Assembly (NCBI GenBank): GCA_000320545.1
Contig: ADNK01002607.1
Coordinates: forward strand, 124,001-188,000
Source: Bigelowiella natans CCMP2755
Lineage: Eukaryota > Protista > Cercozoa
Direction: 5' to 3'
Length of the DNA: 64,000 bases
Shown: in pieces, positions 40,291 to 55,039 of the stretch
Layout: each line of letters opens with the position of its first letter
How positions within the stretch are numbered: position 1 is the stretch's first letter
The notes under the pieces: generated by a model
Seen by the model: only the letters and a program-made list of their open reading frames with translations
Told to the model about the DNA's origin: nothing
The model's database searches: none
Translations under genes and position numbers: made by a program

Positions 40291-41010
40291 ATCAACGAAG
40301 AGTTAACACAATCAGTATAAATATTTATATGATAAAAGAAATCAAAATAGTCATTCTTATTTTGTTCAAATTAATTCTAATATTGTAATTAATTAGTCTT
40401 CTAATTTTAGCACTTGTGTGTATGAATTTGAAATCACTGTTGATGATTATATTGCTGGCTTTACCAACTTAAGGTTGACTGGACGAACGTTGAGTTTGGG
40501 ACGTTTAGGACACGACGAGGACACGTTGTCGGGCGGGAGTATAACTGCGTATCTTCCCTTCGAGCGATGGTAGCCAATAACAGACCCAACTCTTCAAACG
40601 GGGTAAAAACAACAACAACAATAACACACACACACACACACACACACCACACCACACACCACACACACCAAAAAACATAGATAAGGATTTCACCGAGAAA
40701 ATAATAATATAAGGAAAATGAGAATGCACACAAATGCAGTAACTCTTAGTCACAAAGAAAAGCATGGCAAGTTTTATCCCACAAAGAGAAAAATGGAAGA
40801 GATGCGAAAAGTCCGAGAACATGCTATATGTACACTCGTCATGACGAAGACCTTTACCTTCCATTATATTGTGGCTTGGCCTTCAGCCCCAAGATTTCAA
40901 CCCTATCACCTTGCTTGAACGCTGTCTCCTGGTGGGTATCAAAGCCCCCCCCCCCCAGTAAAAAAGAAAAAGTGATGCATCTCTCTGGGTACCACGCAAC
41001 CATGTAAGCT

Positions 41011-41086
<76 letters not shown>

Positions 41087-41450
41087 ACTGCTCTATCTCG
41101 TATCTGTCTGCCTCTCCTCTCCGTCTAATTCTCTTCTTCTTCCTTTTTCCATCTCATCCTTCATTCACTTTCGTTGTATGTTCCTGTCTCTGCACATGTG
41201 GCTTATGCATGCTTGCATACGGTCCATCTAAAGGTGAATAATGGCGGTCCTCACATCACATACCGGTGCTGGTGCGTCGGACATCGCGAGTTTGTTCTTC
41301 TAGATCTAGTCGAGAATGTGTTCGAGAACTGGATCTGCAGATCAGTAATACGAGCTAAAACCAAAAGAAGTAGTAGTGCAACTTGTTGTTGTTGTTGTCA
41401 TTGTTGTTGTTGTTGTTGTTGTTGGTCTTGGTGGTGGAGTTGTCAAGCCT

Positions 41451-41483
<33 letters not shown>

Positions 41484-42544
41484 GTCATCCGGTAGTATCC
41501 GGCAGTAATCCCGGTAGTAATAACTGGTATTCATCTCATAGATCTATAAGCGAAACGCTAAACAATGGCCCTGGCGCAGCTCCGGTTATCAACAACAACT
41601 GCATTGACGATCTTCGTGGCACTCTGCTATCGGACGAACAATGCTGCCTTGGCCTCCGAACATACAGTGGTAGATCTGATGGACGATATATCTTGCGAGA
41701 TACGCAAATGGGAATCAACCAACACCACCGCGGACTTCCAGAGAGCCGTTGATGTTTCAAAACGTAACCATTAAATCCCATAACATTGGTTGGGCCTGTA
41801 AATATTGCGACGGCTGTGAAGATATATGCGAAGGAGGGTGGTCAACGGAATGCAACTTTTAAAGAATAGCTGCTCGTTGTTGAAGTACCATCAAGACTTC
41901 TGACAATATAGAAGTACCACTCTAGTAGTACATCGCCCATATGCTATTCGTCCATTGGCACATTTGCTGCTTTAATCTTATGTCATCTTTAGGCATCTAC
42001 ATTGCAAATTTTCTTTCTTAAAAATTCTGATGTAGTCTATGCATGCTTTTCTTTCACATTTCATGGCGTGTGTATGTATGTGTAGTTCCGATCCTGAAAC
42101 AATTAGAACGCATTCATACCTTGCACCATCGTGCAGCAGTTGATGTTTATATACACAACCTTGTCACAGCATTATAGGTCAATTCTTTTGGTCTTGGCTA
42201 ACTCGCCGTGCTTTTATAACAATAGCATTGATGACATGACGCTCGCATTGCCACGTATGCATTAGTAAGATAAAGTAGCTTGTCTGAGAGATCTATTCTA
42301 CAAGCTAGCCAACAAGCGCCGTAGCGTGCTGCTGCTTGCATTGACGCAATTATGATTAAGTCATCGCCATTTACAGAGACACAACGTTGTCTAAATGGAG
42401 ATTCGACGTTATCTAAAGATAACATTTGTCTCTGTACGTCGTCGATCCAATTTGTTTTACATGCACAATCTGTGTGTCCGCGTCATGCTTACGTCGAGGT
42501 GGCAAGCATTAATGTAGCTAACAATATCCCTCGAGCGCATGTAG

Positions 42545-42617
<73 letters not shown>

Positions 42618-42888
42618 CATTAGAAATTTCATTATTGAGAACATAATTTAAACAGCGTTGAATGTCATAATGATTAAAAAACTCGGGAGCCTAGGTGAAA
42701 GTTGGATTCTATGGCATGATAATATCTCATCCGATACAAATCTTATATCCAAATGCGGATCGACGCGTGTGGTACACGTATCATGTGCTAACTTTGTTGT
42801 ATGCGCTATGATGCATCCCTCTTGGGCACACGATTGATTCGAGCTCTCACAACACCAAAAATTCCGCAATGCCTTACGCTAAAGATGA

Positions 42889-43521
42889 TCAAAACGCTAG
42901 GGCCATGGATAAAGTTGTGTCTTTGATGATCCCGAAGCTTATAAGAGAACGCCAGTATTCCGAGGTCAAAGAACGGCCTTCGAAACTAAGGTCTATGTTC
43001 CATGCCGGAACTGAAGCTTTCTCTTCATATCTTCGTTGTATATCTATTATAGTCTCTTGACCTGTGACATTTTCTATTAAAACCTTGTTTCCCGTGAGTG
43101 ACACTATTGTTAAAGAAAATGGGTTCGTAGAAAGCGTCGAATGTATAGGAATCATGCTTATTTGGGATGATCTTCTCGCTTGCTCCGCTCTAACGAAATC
43201 GCATTTCAGCACAACATTGCTGTTTATACCGCAACTTTTCAAACTCCTTTTCACATCGAAGGTTAGGTCGTAAACTTTCCCTTTACACTTATACTCGAGC
43301 TTCATTCGATCTGGGGTTGGAGCAGTGCTATCTTTCTGCAGAATTAGCATCAGGATGTCGCCTACCGTTTCATTGCCTGTCATTCCACGCAGCAGCAGCT
43401 TTCCCTCTCGGATAAAATTTTTCGATGTCACAAGGGTGTTGATCTCAATGTTAAATAGATCTACTTCCCTTTCGTCCTCACAAGTGGGAGGCATACGTGG
43501 CATTGAATTCCCGCACCCCAT
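42889..43521 (-). CDS. Intronless protein with N-terminal acylation motif (MGCGNS) and two ubiquitin-like domains
   Basis: ETVGDIL...MKLEYK...KRSLKSCGI and LTIVSLTGNKV...ETIIDIQRRYEEKASVP...LSFEGRSL...LISFGIIKDTTLSM. No C-terminal GG. Confidence 0.7.
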   Translation of the reverse strand: MGCGNSMPRMPPTCEDEREVDLFNIEINTLVTSKNFIREGKLLLRGMTGNETVGDILMLILQKDSTAPTPDRMKLEYKCKGKVYDLTFDVKRSLKSCGINSNVVLKCDFVRAEQARRSSQISMIPIHSTLSTNPFSLTIVSLTGNKVLIENVTGQETIIDIQRRYEEKASVPAWNIDLSFEGRSLTSEYWRSLISFGIIKDTTLSMALAF

Positions 43522-43927
43522 GATCTTTAAGTTGGTAGCGTGAATGAATGAAGGATTGATTGAAGTTATTGGTGATTAATGCACAGTGCGTCAACCGCAC
43601 ACATCCGGTCTAATAGTGTATTTTTTGCATGCGACAATGGAATAATGCGCAGTTCGTTAATCGTAAGTTTTCAAGATAGTTGAATGTCAATTTGATCATG
43701 AAATCCAGGAAATGTTCCCGGTGTGATCAATGTGAAGTTCAATGTTCACCCCGTTCAATGCTCATTTCATTCATTCAATCCAGGAAACACTTCCTCACAA
43801 CAAAAATGCATCTAAAATCAAGTTCCAAATGCTTCCTCTTTTCAAGCGTGTTTTTTTGTCATTTGATCTCTACGACAAGTACAGGTCTTGTCCTTAACGC
43901 CAAGAAGGCATTCATTTTTCTTTTCTA

Positions 43928-44818
43928 ATGCTCAAATTCTCCAAAAAGTACTCTGAAGACACTTTTGGAACACATTTCAACGGGTCCTTCGTACTTAGCT
44001 CTCTCCTCTTCCGCTACCGTCCCACTTACCTTTGCATTGTTGTCACATGTTACAGTGGTGCGATAATCACCTATGGCTTTTGCAACTTGACATCTTCCGC
44101 CTGTTTTGACCCTACAATTTTCATGTAGGGCTTACGATGGGATCCTCCCTCGCTATCACCGAATCGCATCGTGTACTGGCACGCGAGGGCAATAGAGGGG
44201 TTGTGCGAGTCTGACGACCATGGCATACAATCATCGGCCTCAATTGAGAGGAAGTTGCCATAAGCCAGCGCCGCACCGTAAGGCTCTTAGTGGAGCATCA
44301 CGCTTCGCAGGAGCACATCTTCCTTGGTATAAAAGCTGTGCGAAGTGGTGAGGAGATTCTTGGCTCAATAACCTAAACAAATTGAATATATAGTTTATCG
44401 ATCAGGTGTATATCTTTCTGTTGCCCCGTAAAGGTTGATCAAAGGCTTGAAATAAATCGGTAATAAGGAGGGAAACACTACAAGTCCGTTGGCATTTCTG
44501 AAATGTTACTTTTGTTCTTCGAGGTATCACTCAATGGAAACCCTTCGTGCAAAACCATCAAGCATTTCCTTGGGACGACCAAACTATACTGATCTTTCCA
44601 AAATGCACGATGTAAGGCAATTTTTAATTGACGTTGCACTCCTGATGAGAACAAAATTAGAGTTGATATATTATAAATATTTCTCAAGATATACTAACGA
44701 TTTGCGTATGTTATAAATAATTTGTAGGCTGGATCATACGATCTTCAAAACGTAAGTACACTAATAAATAATTTTGTGATCCCAACAAAATTGTTAATCA
44801 GACTCGACTTCCCCGTGT

Positions 44819-44867
<49 letters not shown>

Positions 44868-47278
44868 GTATATATTTTATATAAGCCTTAAAAATTGCCA
44901 TTTCAGTGGGCCATAACACGAAGCGAAGAAAAAGATTCTGTGTGCCTCATTACCTTACCCAAGGTGCAATTCTACCATAGATACTCCTATTCTGAAAAAT
45001 TATAGCATACTATCTACATACAGGATGAGCTGAAAATTGCTCTTCGAGAAGGAATACCGTCGCTTAAGGTATATCTAGAGCCATTTGGATGCTGGTCGTA
45101 ATGTTTGTCTTCTGATAACATAGCGTCCGAGTCTGTGGCCAAAGTTAGTGTGTGAAGAGAAAAAATTTCAGAAGCTGCCTCATTATACAGAGTAAATAAG
45201 TCTCCATCATTTAGTACAGTCATCCTCATCATTCTGAAATGCTGATTAAAAATTTTGGCCGAAAATTGGTGGCGTGCGACAGGATTTCAGCTTTTTGTAA
45301 TTTTGTTCTATGATACGTTTGGTCTAACCTTTACCAGACTCTTATATGAAGTCTTCTATGGAGAAATACCAAATCAATGTTCCAAGGAGGTAATATATGT
45401 GACTTCAAACAACCATTTTGCAATATTAGCTAGCTAGTATTCAGGCACGAGCTTATGTTCAATCTCGCCTACGTCCACTTGCAGTTGTCATTGACTTACT
45501 ATAACGAAGCTAATGTAATCATGATTTGGTGATACGTATTCAACAACAGGTCGCAGTCCCCGATTTTGGAGGAGCATTAATGTTTAGTTCACACCCGATC
45601 TTATCAGAGGGAATAGAAGAGGTACAATGGCTTGCATAATTGTCTAGAATCTTTCTCTAAGTCGTTGTGTATTTGCAGGTTAGGCAAATGCTCTGCGTGC
45701 TGAAGCAGCATTTTGGTGCGGTGGTAACTTACTGCCCGGTATTAATGCACATATTTTGCCATCTTGCTCAAATTTTATAATGGTGAGTAATTGTGGAATG
45801 TGGGCTTTTGTTTCTTAAATCATTAGGTCTTGCCTGATCTCGCGGCTGTTCTTCTTCATTATGTAGCAGCAAAACATATTGATTATTATCGCATACAACA
45901 TTATGATATTCAAACTGAATTCAAATGTGCTATGCGAGTTTATGTAAATATGAATCTGAAACAGGTACCACCTGAGATGACGTTCAAAATGCTAATCGCA
46001 ATGATCGATCGAAGTCTCGTGGTACATTTGTCTGTTGTGTCTTTTGAATATTTTGACGGAAAATTTTCAAATTTTATTCTAGGATGGATGGTATTTCGCA
46101 GTTTCGGGCTTCGATTTTGAGCGCGAGGTGGTTATTGGGTTTACCATTGATGTCAACAAAATCGATCCGAGAGTCTGAAGCTTATTTTGATTCTGATGTT
46201 CAATGATTAATTATTTAATTCCAGGCAAAGAACTTCATACAAATCTTACAGGCTGGGCAACCAACGCTTGCAAGGTAAAATATGACCTCACCATATCCTA
46301 ACTCACATCTCAGTTACCCAAGAAATTGTTTCATACCAATTAACTCATATAAATTGGTGCAAATAATGGGAGCATTCGATCTACTTCAGAGCATCCCAAA
46401 AATGAACGGATGGATTGCTTGATTGATTGATTAACTGATTATTCTCCCCTTTGTATTCATTGGGATAATAGGCATTTCGAACAAGCAGGGTTCAATCTAG
46501 AGGACACAGTCAAGGTAAATGCAGCATGGACTCTATCATACAATCTGTATACTTCTAGAATACAAATTCGCTTCTTTCAAATAATTTTATAATCGCCGAT
46601 TCTATCGCTTTCATAGGTCTGGTTCGGGAGATTCTTCGTCTCATTTTTCCCCTACGACACGATACTACGGTTGATGGACGTGTACCTCAACGAGGGTTCC
46701 AAGACTCTGTTTCGGGTATGTATGCGTCACCATGTAGTATTTCATTCATAGTGAGTGTGACTTTGTTTGTTTGTGGTTAAAACCACCACACAGGTAGCTT
46801 TGAGCGTGTTAAAGATTCATGCTGAACAGCTGCTTCAATGCCGCACAGCGGTTGGAATACATAATACTTTACTACATTTATTCTTAAACATTATGATTCA
46901 GTTAATATCTAATTATGTACTTCATCCTTTCACCAATTCTAGGAGGAAATAGCGCTGCAGCTTGCCAAAAGCATGCGGATGCAGACAAATATGGAACAGT
47001 AATTTCTGAAAATAGTCGTGATGAGATTCTCAAATCTGCTTTCTTGTTATTCTTGAAGTCAAATAAAATCCTGGCAGGTTATTTCGGTGTGCATTCCAGT
47101 TCAAAGTGCACAGGAGACAGTTCAAGGTGTAAATAAACCTATTTAAACCTGCCATCGGAATACGAAAGTCCTTTATTAAGTTTCTGAAGCCTGGTGTTTT
47201 CAACGAATCACAGGCCGATATTGAATCCTGCGAAATCCACCAAATACCGGTAGCAAGGGTTCAGGTCATTGAGAATAG

Positions 47279-47318
<40 letters not shown>

Positions 47319-49325
47319 TGTATATGTATATGATACAAATCACGACACTATTGCCTTTCAGCGTCAACCACCAACTATTACTACATGTGAGATATGATGA
47401 CAGTAATGGTAATTCAGTACTACTTGAAGGAAATTAAAATGAAGATATGATTGGTCCCCGTAAGCTAAATTTGTTTCCATGATGCTAAAGCTTTTCATGC
47501 AATTGTGCTAATACTACTACCACCGTGCTTATGTTAGGTATTCCATGTACCGAAGTACAAACCAGAAAGGTACAGTCTTATGACGACGTCTGAGGTACTT
47601 TTGTTGTTTTGTGTAGGTAGGCATGGATAGAAACATGCAAAATGAGAAAACTAATTAGATAGTCTACCTTAAAATTGTACGCAATATGATCATGTGCGCC
47701 ACTTCGTGCAGACAAAGTAATACGTGATACATACTAACAGTGCCGGCAGCTATGGACGTTTTTGCCTCCGTTACTGCGGTACCTAGACCCAGAACTGAGA
47801 TTTGCAACATATCGGGTAGCTTTACTAATATCGTGGTGACAGCTGATGGATTCGTTTCGCAATATTAACGGGTCTACGCAGACAACAGTAAAGATACTTG
47901 AAGAAGACATTCAAAGATGATTTTACCTAAACATCATTTTATACTTCCAGGACGGGTTCTGCCTTGGGGGAATCCTTAGATGCATGGACTCGGCTATGAA
48001 GGAGAAACGACCTATAATTATGCTTCTTAAGGTGCTTGTGTAAGAGATGGTGGTTTTCTTGTGGACGGTGAGTGAATGGATATCATCTGATTAATACGGT
48101 GGTGTGGTGTTTGAAACAACAACAACAACAACAATTTTTAGGATTCAAACGAAAATCTTTTTGGAGCAGTTTTGGATTGGCGAAAGGGTAGCAATTGCAT
48201 TACTCTCTACTACTTTAAAAAGAACATCTCTCACCATTTTTAAAATTTTATTGTAAGGACTTTTTGCGGGGAGTGAAACTTTCTTGTTCACTCTGAGACC
48301 AGAACCAAGACGTTATCTGCAGAGGTACCAATGCATTAGTTGCGGGGAGAGATGATGCGTCGCAAGGAGGGCAAAGTTTCAAATATTTTGCAAGGACTCC
48401 GGGAGAAGATAAATTATTTCTCTAAATCTTTATGAGTCAATTTGTTTGTTTGATGATAATGTTATTTTTGACAATAATCACCACTTACGCTGATGCCTTA
48501 GTTGTGTACTACTACGTTAGAGAGGCAAGGAAGCAGCCAATACGACAGCGTTCCGCTGAAAGGCCAAGAGTGTCGACGCTATCAGTCAGGTGTTGCATGT
48601 CTTCGTTACGAAGAAGACTTAAAGCAACTGTGCGCACAAATGAATTCTCCATGCAATCTATGTTTCCCAACAATAATACCAATATTACCTGCAGTACTAT
48701 CATCTATCATCGATAAAGCTACAAATAGCCTCTCTACATCAGTTTATATTCTACTTATTAATGATTGCCTGACTATTAAATTATCATCATCATCATCATC
48801 ATCATCATTACCATCATCATCACAACTATGATGTCATTCATGGTTATATAACTTAAAGAATGATCTAGATTCCGCTTTGGAAAATTTTCTTCGCGATTGT
48901 TCCTCTGAGGGTTCTGTTGTTTCTCGTCACTGTGCTGTATTCAGACAACATGAAGAGGGTATGCTTTCCTCCTCGACATTTCAATCTCCAGTGGAAAGGG
49001 CAGGTTTTCATTGCAAATTAAAATTAAAAATCTTTTTGCGACGTTCATTTGTGCTTGCCTCTCTCTCTCTTCCTCCCTTCCTCCCCCACTCTCCATGTGT
49101 GTGTATGTGGGGAGAGGGTGGGGGTTTCTCTTTTTCTTTTTTAATGGGCGAGCTCTGATTTTTGCAGTCATTCGCTTCCACAAGTAGCTGATTTTTTTTT
49201 TATTGACAACAACAGAAGACTTAAAGAAATGGGAGTCACCTATACTTGGAAGTGGGATAGGACTGCATGATGACGGGGTAAAGAATGATTATCAATGTGT
49301 AAATGTGCATGTGTTCTATGCGCGC

Positions 49326-49358
<33 letters not shown>

Positions 49359-49845
49359 TGTGTTTAATTATCCATGATACCCGTGACATATGCAATGCAT
49401 GCTTCTGTAATTTAGAAATTTAATCTGCATTACTACTTTTTTGCGTTTGTTGATAGATTTTGATGCTCCTGTTCTAATACTGTTCTAATATCTTGCGTTG
49501 CAGGGTTTCACTCAGCAGACCGCCCTTTCACCCGGAACCTTAGAGTTGAGGAGAATTTTCCCAAAGGTAGTGATTAAGAAGATGTGGTTCACACACGACG
49601 CACAAGAAGAGTATTTGTGTTGGGATGGGAGGGAGTGTTGCTCGTGAAAGGACATGGATGGAGGACATCATCGTGCTGGGGCCCCCTGATTATCATCATT
49701 ACTTCTCCTATCATATTTTCAACCATCGATCATCAATATACTAATTATACTTTGAATACGTTATCCGAATGATTTGTAGCAGAAACTCTCAGTTTATTTA
49801 GTATTAAAAAGCAAATATTGTTTCGGGTTTGGTGGATGGGGTATA

Positions 49846-49901
<56 letters not shown>

Positions 49902-50363
49902 ATGTGTGTATAATTTTTTCTTAATCAGGGCATGACAAGGCTCAAATTAACAAGGCAGGAGATGAAGACTAAGATTGAAGACACTATTGTAAGAATGTGT
50001 ATTTCCGTATTGCTTATTATTAGTTAAAGAGTTATATCATATATTTATAATTTGTATTCTTAGTTCTATTTATGCAATCTTTTTCTTGTACTTCATTATC
50101 AGAAGAAGCAGTTTTATCTTTCTGCGGATTCTTTGTGTCCAGCAGGATCAACTAGTAATTTAGCAGCAGCAGTAGCACCAAAAACAACAACAAAAACGAT
50201 GGACGCAGCTCATAGAAGAAAAAGGGTGGGTACTTACTAATGCTACTATTACGACTAACAAATGTCAATATAACTACAACTGACAACCAATTTTCTGCAT
50301 TTATGTATGCATAATCATACGTAGAACATACTCCATGCTTGACACATTGTTATTACTATGGCG

Positions 50364-50397
<34 letters not shown>

Positions 50398-50728
50398 GAT
50401 GTTATTAATATTTAGGGTTCATCTTCCTCCGTACATCTTGCTTCCCTGGGTAGAGGAGGTAAATAATAATAATAATATCATACGTGGGAGAAAAGGAAAG
50501 AATAAAAGTTTGGTTTTATCAAATCATGATATTATCCAACTGCTGTAGTATTTGGGGGAAGCTACTTTCATCACCGGTCTAAAAATGTTGTATTCACGAC
50601 TATAACATAGCAGAGCCCAAGGGAAAGACTATGCCACTAATTGAGAGGAGGAGGATGAGGAGAATGGACGATGATGGTGATGGGCGTCATCATAAGGATG
50701 ATGATGTTGAAGGGGATTCGACTTCATA

Positions 50729-50759
<31 letters not shown>

Positions 50760-52220
50760 GCCACTCCATTACTACATTCCGACAATAATCGACAACCAGA
50801 GGAAGATGAAGAAGGAGAAGAAGAAGCAGCAAGGTTTAATACCTCATAATTTCCCGTTGGCGTTCGTCTATTCACGTTGAAACTTCTCACGACTTTGTCA
50901 CTCAATGCATAAGTTTTAGAATCGAATCCGCTCCAACAACTTACACACACACACACACACACACACATACACATACACATACACATATAATATATATTTA
51001 TGTTGTATCATAGTGTTTAAGTCTTGATATGAAGGATATTCTCGTTGATCTAGCAGCTTGATTTTACGATGTTCGTTCGTTGACAAATTAATTAGAACAT
51101 ATCTTCCATTGGAACGAAGCTTCAATTTCGAAGTGTCAAAATGGCGACAAGAACAAAAGGTGGTAAAGGAGGAGTGCTCCTGCCTTTATTATTTACATGC
51201 TTTTTTCCATCATCATTATCATTATCGTCATCATCATCATCAATCATCACTCTAATCAGGGAAATCGTGGAGAATTACACAGTGGCAGCACTAGTTTCCG
51301 TCAATCCGTTTCATATAGAACTTTTGATAGCTTAAAAAGGGCGCAACAGGTTAGTGTTGATAGTTATAGTACATGCGAGAGTACCCAACCATCATTGCTA
51401 TCAGATTCGTGATTATCGCACAAATTAGAGACATCTGGTTGTATCGATTGTGGTGATATATCCGAATTGCTGTCTTCTTTTGTCAGCGGGAAGGAACCTC
51501 CCTAGCGAGTAAAAAGGACATAGAAAACTTTCGGGTATTAGGAAGCTAAATGAGCCCGGAAACATCCATCATTTCTTCAATCAACAGCGAAACGTTACGA
51601 TCTCTGATACCGTGGTTCATTTTTTTCACCTCCTCTTTTTGGTTGTTTAGTATTTAGTTAGCCGTCAGTTGGAACACAAAGGAGATGCCGGTAAGAAAGT
51701 TTCCGCAAAGATTTATTGGATCCATTCAATCTTCAAATGTTTTTTTTCATTCAACATAGATAATTCAAGAAGGATCCCTTTGCTTCAGATTACACCAGAA
51801 CATTTCATTCTTAGTTGGTAAAATTAAATTATTTCAAATTGAGTATTTTCCCTGGTGGCATGCATCTTGCTTCTTATTTTGATAAACTTTGCTCGTACGT
51901 ACGTCAGCGACGGACGTGTGGCGCTAGCTCTCAATTCAGACGTCTCAGTTGGATTTTCGCATAGAACTTTAGGTCTCAGAAGTAGAAAACCTAATTGTTT
52001 TTATCATCAGAATTGAGAATTTCAAAAATAACTTATATATAATATCTGTAGGTTGGAATAATCCGCCCTTAACTAAGGTATGATGTTGATAATGATGATG
52101 ATAAAGATGTATGTGATCATGTGTGCCTGACTAACAAAAGATATGTTCTTGAAGGTGAGCTCTCTGGATAATTCATTTCAAGTTAGACATGTAGAATTAT
52201 GGGGGTTCGAAGGCTATTAG
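43928..52220 (+). CDS. TBC1D24: TBC (Rab-GAP) + TLDc domain protein, TBC1D24-like, many small exons
   Basis: ELKIALREGIP, LPDLAAVLLHY, WFGRFFVSFFPYDTILRLMDVYLNEGSKTLFR|VALSVLK. TLDc N-half: QLWTFLPP...DGF...ENLFGA...SETFLFTL. TLDc C-half: ALALNSD...GWNNPPL...FQVRHVELWGF, stop at 52220. Start approximate. Confidence 0.75.
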
Positions 52221-52840
52221 TGCGTAGCTTTGTACATAAATATAAGTGTTTCTCCAGCACTCCTTAGGAGTTTATTTATTAGTCGTATTGATGTGGTTCG
52301 ATCTATTTTTTGTAGTCAAAATGAGTTTTCTAGCGAGTTGTCTACAAGCCATGGACGAATCGCATGATGCTGTTGCATGAATCGCAGTCCTAAGTGTACT
52401 CTGTGTACACATCTAGACATACACCGATGACTGATGAATTGTGTAGCAGCTATAATCTATATCTCGCAAATTATCATACTCGCATGAAAAATTGACATGG
52501 TTGTAGAATCTAATAAACATGTAATGTGTGTTGTATAGATGTTTTTTCAATTTACTTGTAAAGCCGTCGCCGGCGATGCACTGCTCCGAATGCACTAGTA
52601 CATCGCAGGCACTAAACTTCCAAGTAAGCTGGTAAGCGAATGGGCTATGCACCAATGTGGCTTATACATGCGTGTCGAAGGAATGGGCATGATGCGAGCT
52701 CTTGTCTGACCCCACTAGCCCACTAGCTTGCGCAACAAGGACAGTGTTAGAATGACATGCGCACTCTCTAGCTCTGTCTGCTTTTATTCTGCGATGCAAG
52801 CACGGACTCGGAAGTCATTTAGCTAGAACTTGACATTGTT

Positions 52841-53113
52841 TATAGGGACTATAAGTCCATGTACGTGCACGCGTAGGAAAACACATGTACCCATGCACAC
52901 CGCACATGCACTTAAAAAGAACACATGCTCTGTTCATATCCACACATGCACCAAACAAGCCACGACACATGTACCAAAAATTGCAAAGCACACATGGATG
53001 CATATGCATGCATATAAGCGCTGATGTGTGGCACATGTGTAGTTGCAGGTACATGTGAAGTATGTGATGCATATGTCGTAGACGGCATACACGTATAGGG
53101 ACTATAAGTCCAT
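52841..53113. repeat. Perfect 20-bp direct repeat TATAGGGACTATAAGTCCAT (52841-52860, 53094-53113) flanking a 233-bp CA/TG-rich segment
   Basis: Read directly. Confidence 0.8.
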
Positions 53114-53780
53114 ATATGTTCTATCTTTTGTTATAGTCAGGAAGTGTGCGACATGGTAGTTGTTGTATTAGTCATCGATCTCATATGATAGTGCATCATT
53201 ATTGGTCGTGCATGCTAGCATGTGCTAGAGTGCTAAAAAAGAATTGCTGACATGACATCTAGATATATGCCAGTCTAGATATATGCCAGTCTTGCTCTGG
53301 GCCTAGCTATTTCTAGAGCTAGCTAGCGATTATTGTTTGTTCATATGCATGCACGTACATCATCGCTGACTAGCTGACACGCATTCCTAGATTCCAGCGC
53401 GATGCAAGTCTAGAAGTGTGCTTCATTTGTGCATACAGTCGAACTCTTTACTCGCGCATGCATGCTTTGTTAGCATGGCAAGATGGTGGTGTTATGCATC
53501 ATGTTCATTGCGATTGTAATAGCCTCTGGGAGCTGGTGCACAAGCAGGATCGAGAATGCGGATCGATCAACAATCTCATGTGTAACTCAAGAATTAAGTA
53601 AGGGTTACGACAAAAAAAAATGACCCTCATCGACAACAATTCAGCAAAATTGTGCTACGTCTACTAGCTAGATCAAGAAGCAGCAAAGGCAGCAGAAGCT
53701 CGATTGATGCTACGCTATCTAGCTATGAGAGTGACATGGCTGTGTTGAACAATATCGTCAGTATCTCAGCTCACACTGTG

Positions 53781-55030
53781 CTATTTTGGTGGCATGCTGG
53801 GACCTATCCTTCGCTTATTGTTGGATGTCGAGGTAGTAGTGGGTTTACTAGCGACTGTAGAGGGCCTGCTCGGTCCAATCTTTCTCAGAGTTTTTTTCGA
53901 AGCTATGTCATTACTATTTTTGCTGGAAGCTGCTGCCGCCGCAGCAGCAATATTATCCCTCAGTGATGTCGCCACCGATGAAGGTGGTGGGCCACAGCTT
54001 GGACCAATTCTCCTTTTTTTCTGCATAGAACCTTTATTTTCTTCGGGACGGCTAGCTTTCACGTCGCCTTCTAGCCCATCCTCCCGTTTTCGACGGTTAC
54101 TGCTGTTTTCCGCTTCACTCGCATCCTTCGAAACTTCCACCTCTTTTTTGGTCTCCACTGGCTTGTTCATGCTCTTCTCGTACTCCTGCAGCTCACGAAG
54201 AAAATTCTTCTTAGGCTTTACAACAGGGCGTTTCGACTTGACTGTGATGTATGCGTCCATCAAGCTCATCTTTTGTGATTTCATTAGATAGGCTATGGTA
54301 ATTGTGGAGGAGCGGCTAACCCCTTGTTGGCAGTGGATTAAGACTCCATGCCCCTTTTCCCTGCATATTGCATAAGAGAGTTTGTAAGTATTCTACGCCG
54401 CAATCATATTAATCTTAAAAGTTTTTGCAGGATTGTTTTTTATGGGAAGAAAGATTTTCCTTTATATTTTACCTTGCTGCGTCGACAAACGGCACAACCT
54501 TGTCGAAGTAGTCCTTCAAGGAAGCAGCGTCTGAATCTTGTACCGGGCATCGCATGTATCTGAAACAAAGTTGATATCAGTGCGCTGCTGATAATGCTGA
54601 TCGTAATTGCAGCGATGGCAACATGACGACGATGATGATTGGAGTAGAGCACGTAAAAAAGCAGAAGTAGATTAAATTTGATGTCCTATGCGCATCACAA
54701 TGCGATCACGATAGTAGTGTCGATAAATATGCTGATAATACGTAGATGAATATGAGGGAATGCATTCAAAACATTATCATACTGGAAAAGAGGCTCATTT
54801 TCGAAGTAATTGTGACAGCCCCCTTCACTACGCTCCACTGTGCAGTTCACGACGTGTGTGATCCCCAACGAGAGCAATTTTTCCTTGTCCCGCGCCACTA
54901 AAGACCATTAGACGCACGTGATTCGGGATAGAAGATCAACGTTTTTCTGTTGTTTACCTGTTTTTGAGCCGATGAAAAGGTAGTCTATCACCTTGGCGTA
55001 GTCATCATCGCTGGCCTTTCCCGCGGCCAT
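53781..55030 (-). CDS. Dual-specificity protein phosphatase
   Basis: KVIDYLFIGS, LGITHVVNCT, PVQDSD, VLIHCQQGVSRSSTITIAYLM, VKSKRPVVKPKKNFLREL; three introns. Confidence 0.92.
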
Positions 55031-55039
55031 GATCTTGTA

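Noticed and set aside
40460-42070. Coding-looking blocks upstream of DeSI1
   Set aside because: Strand and frame are ambiguous, and there is no recognisable domain.
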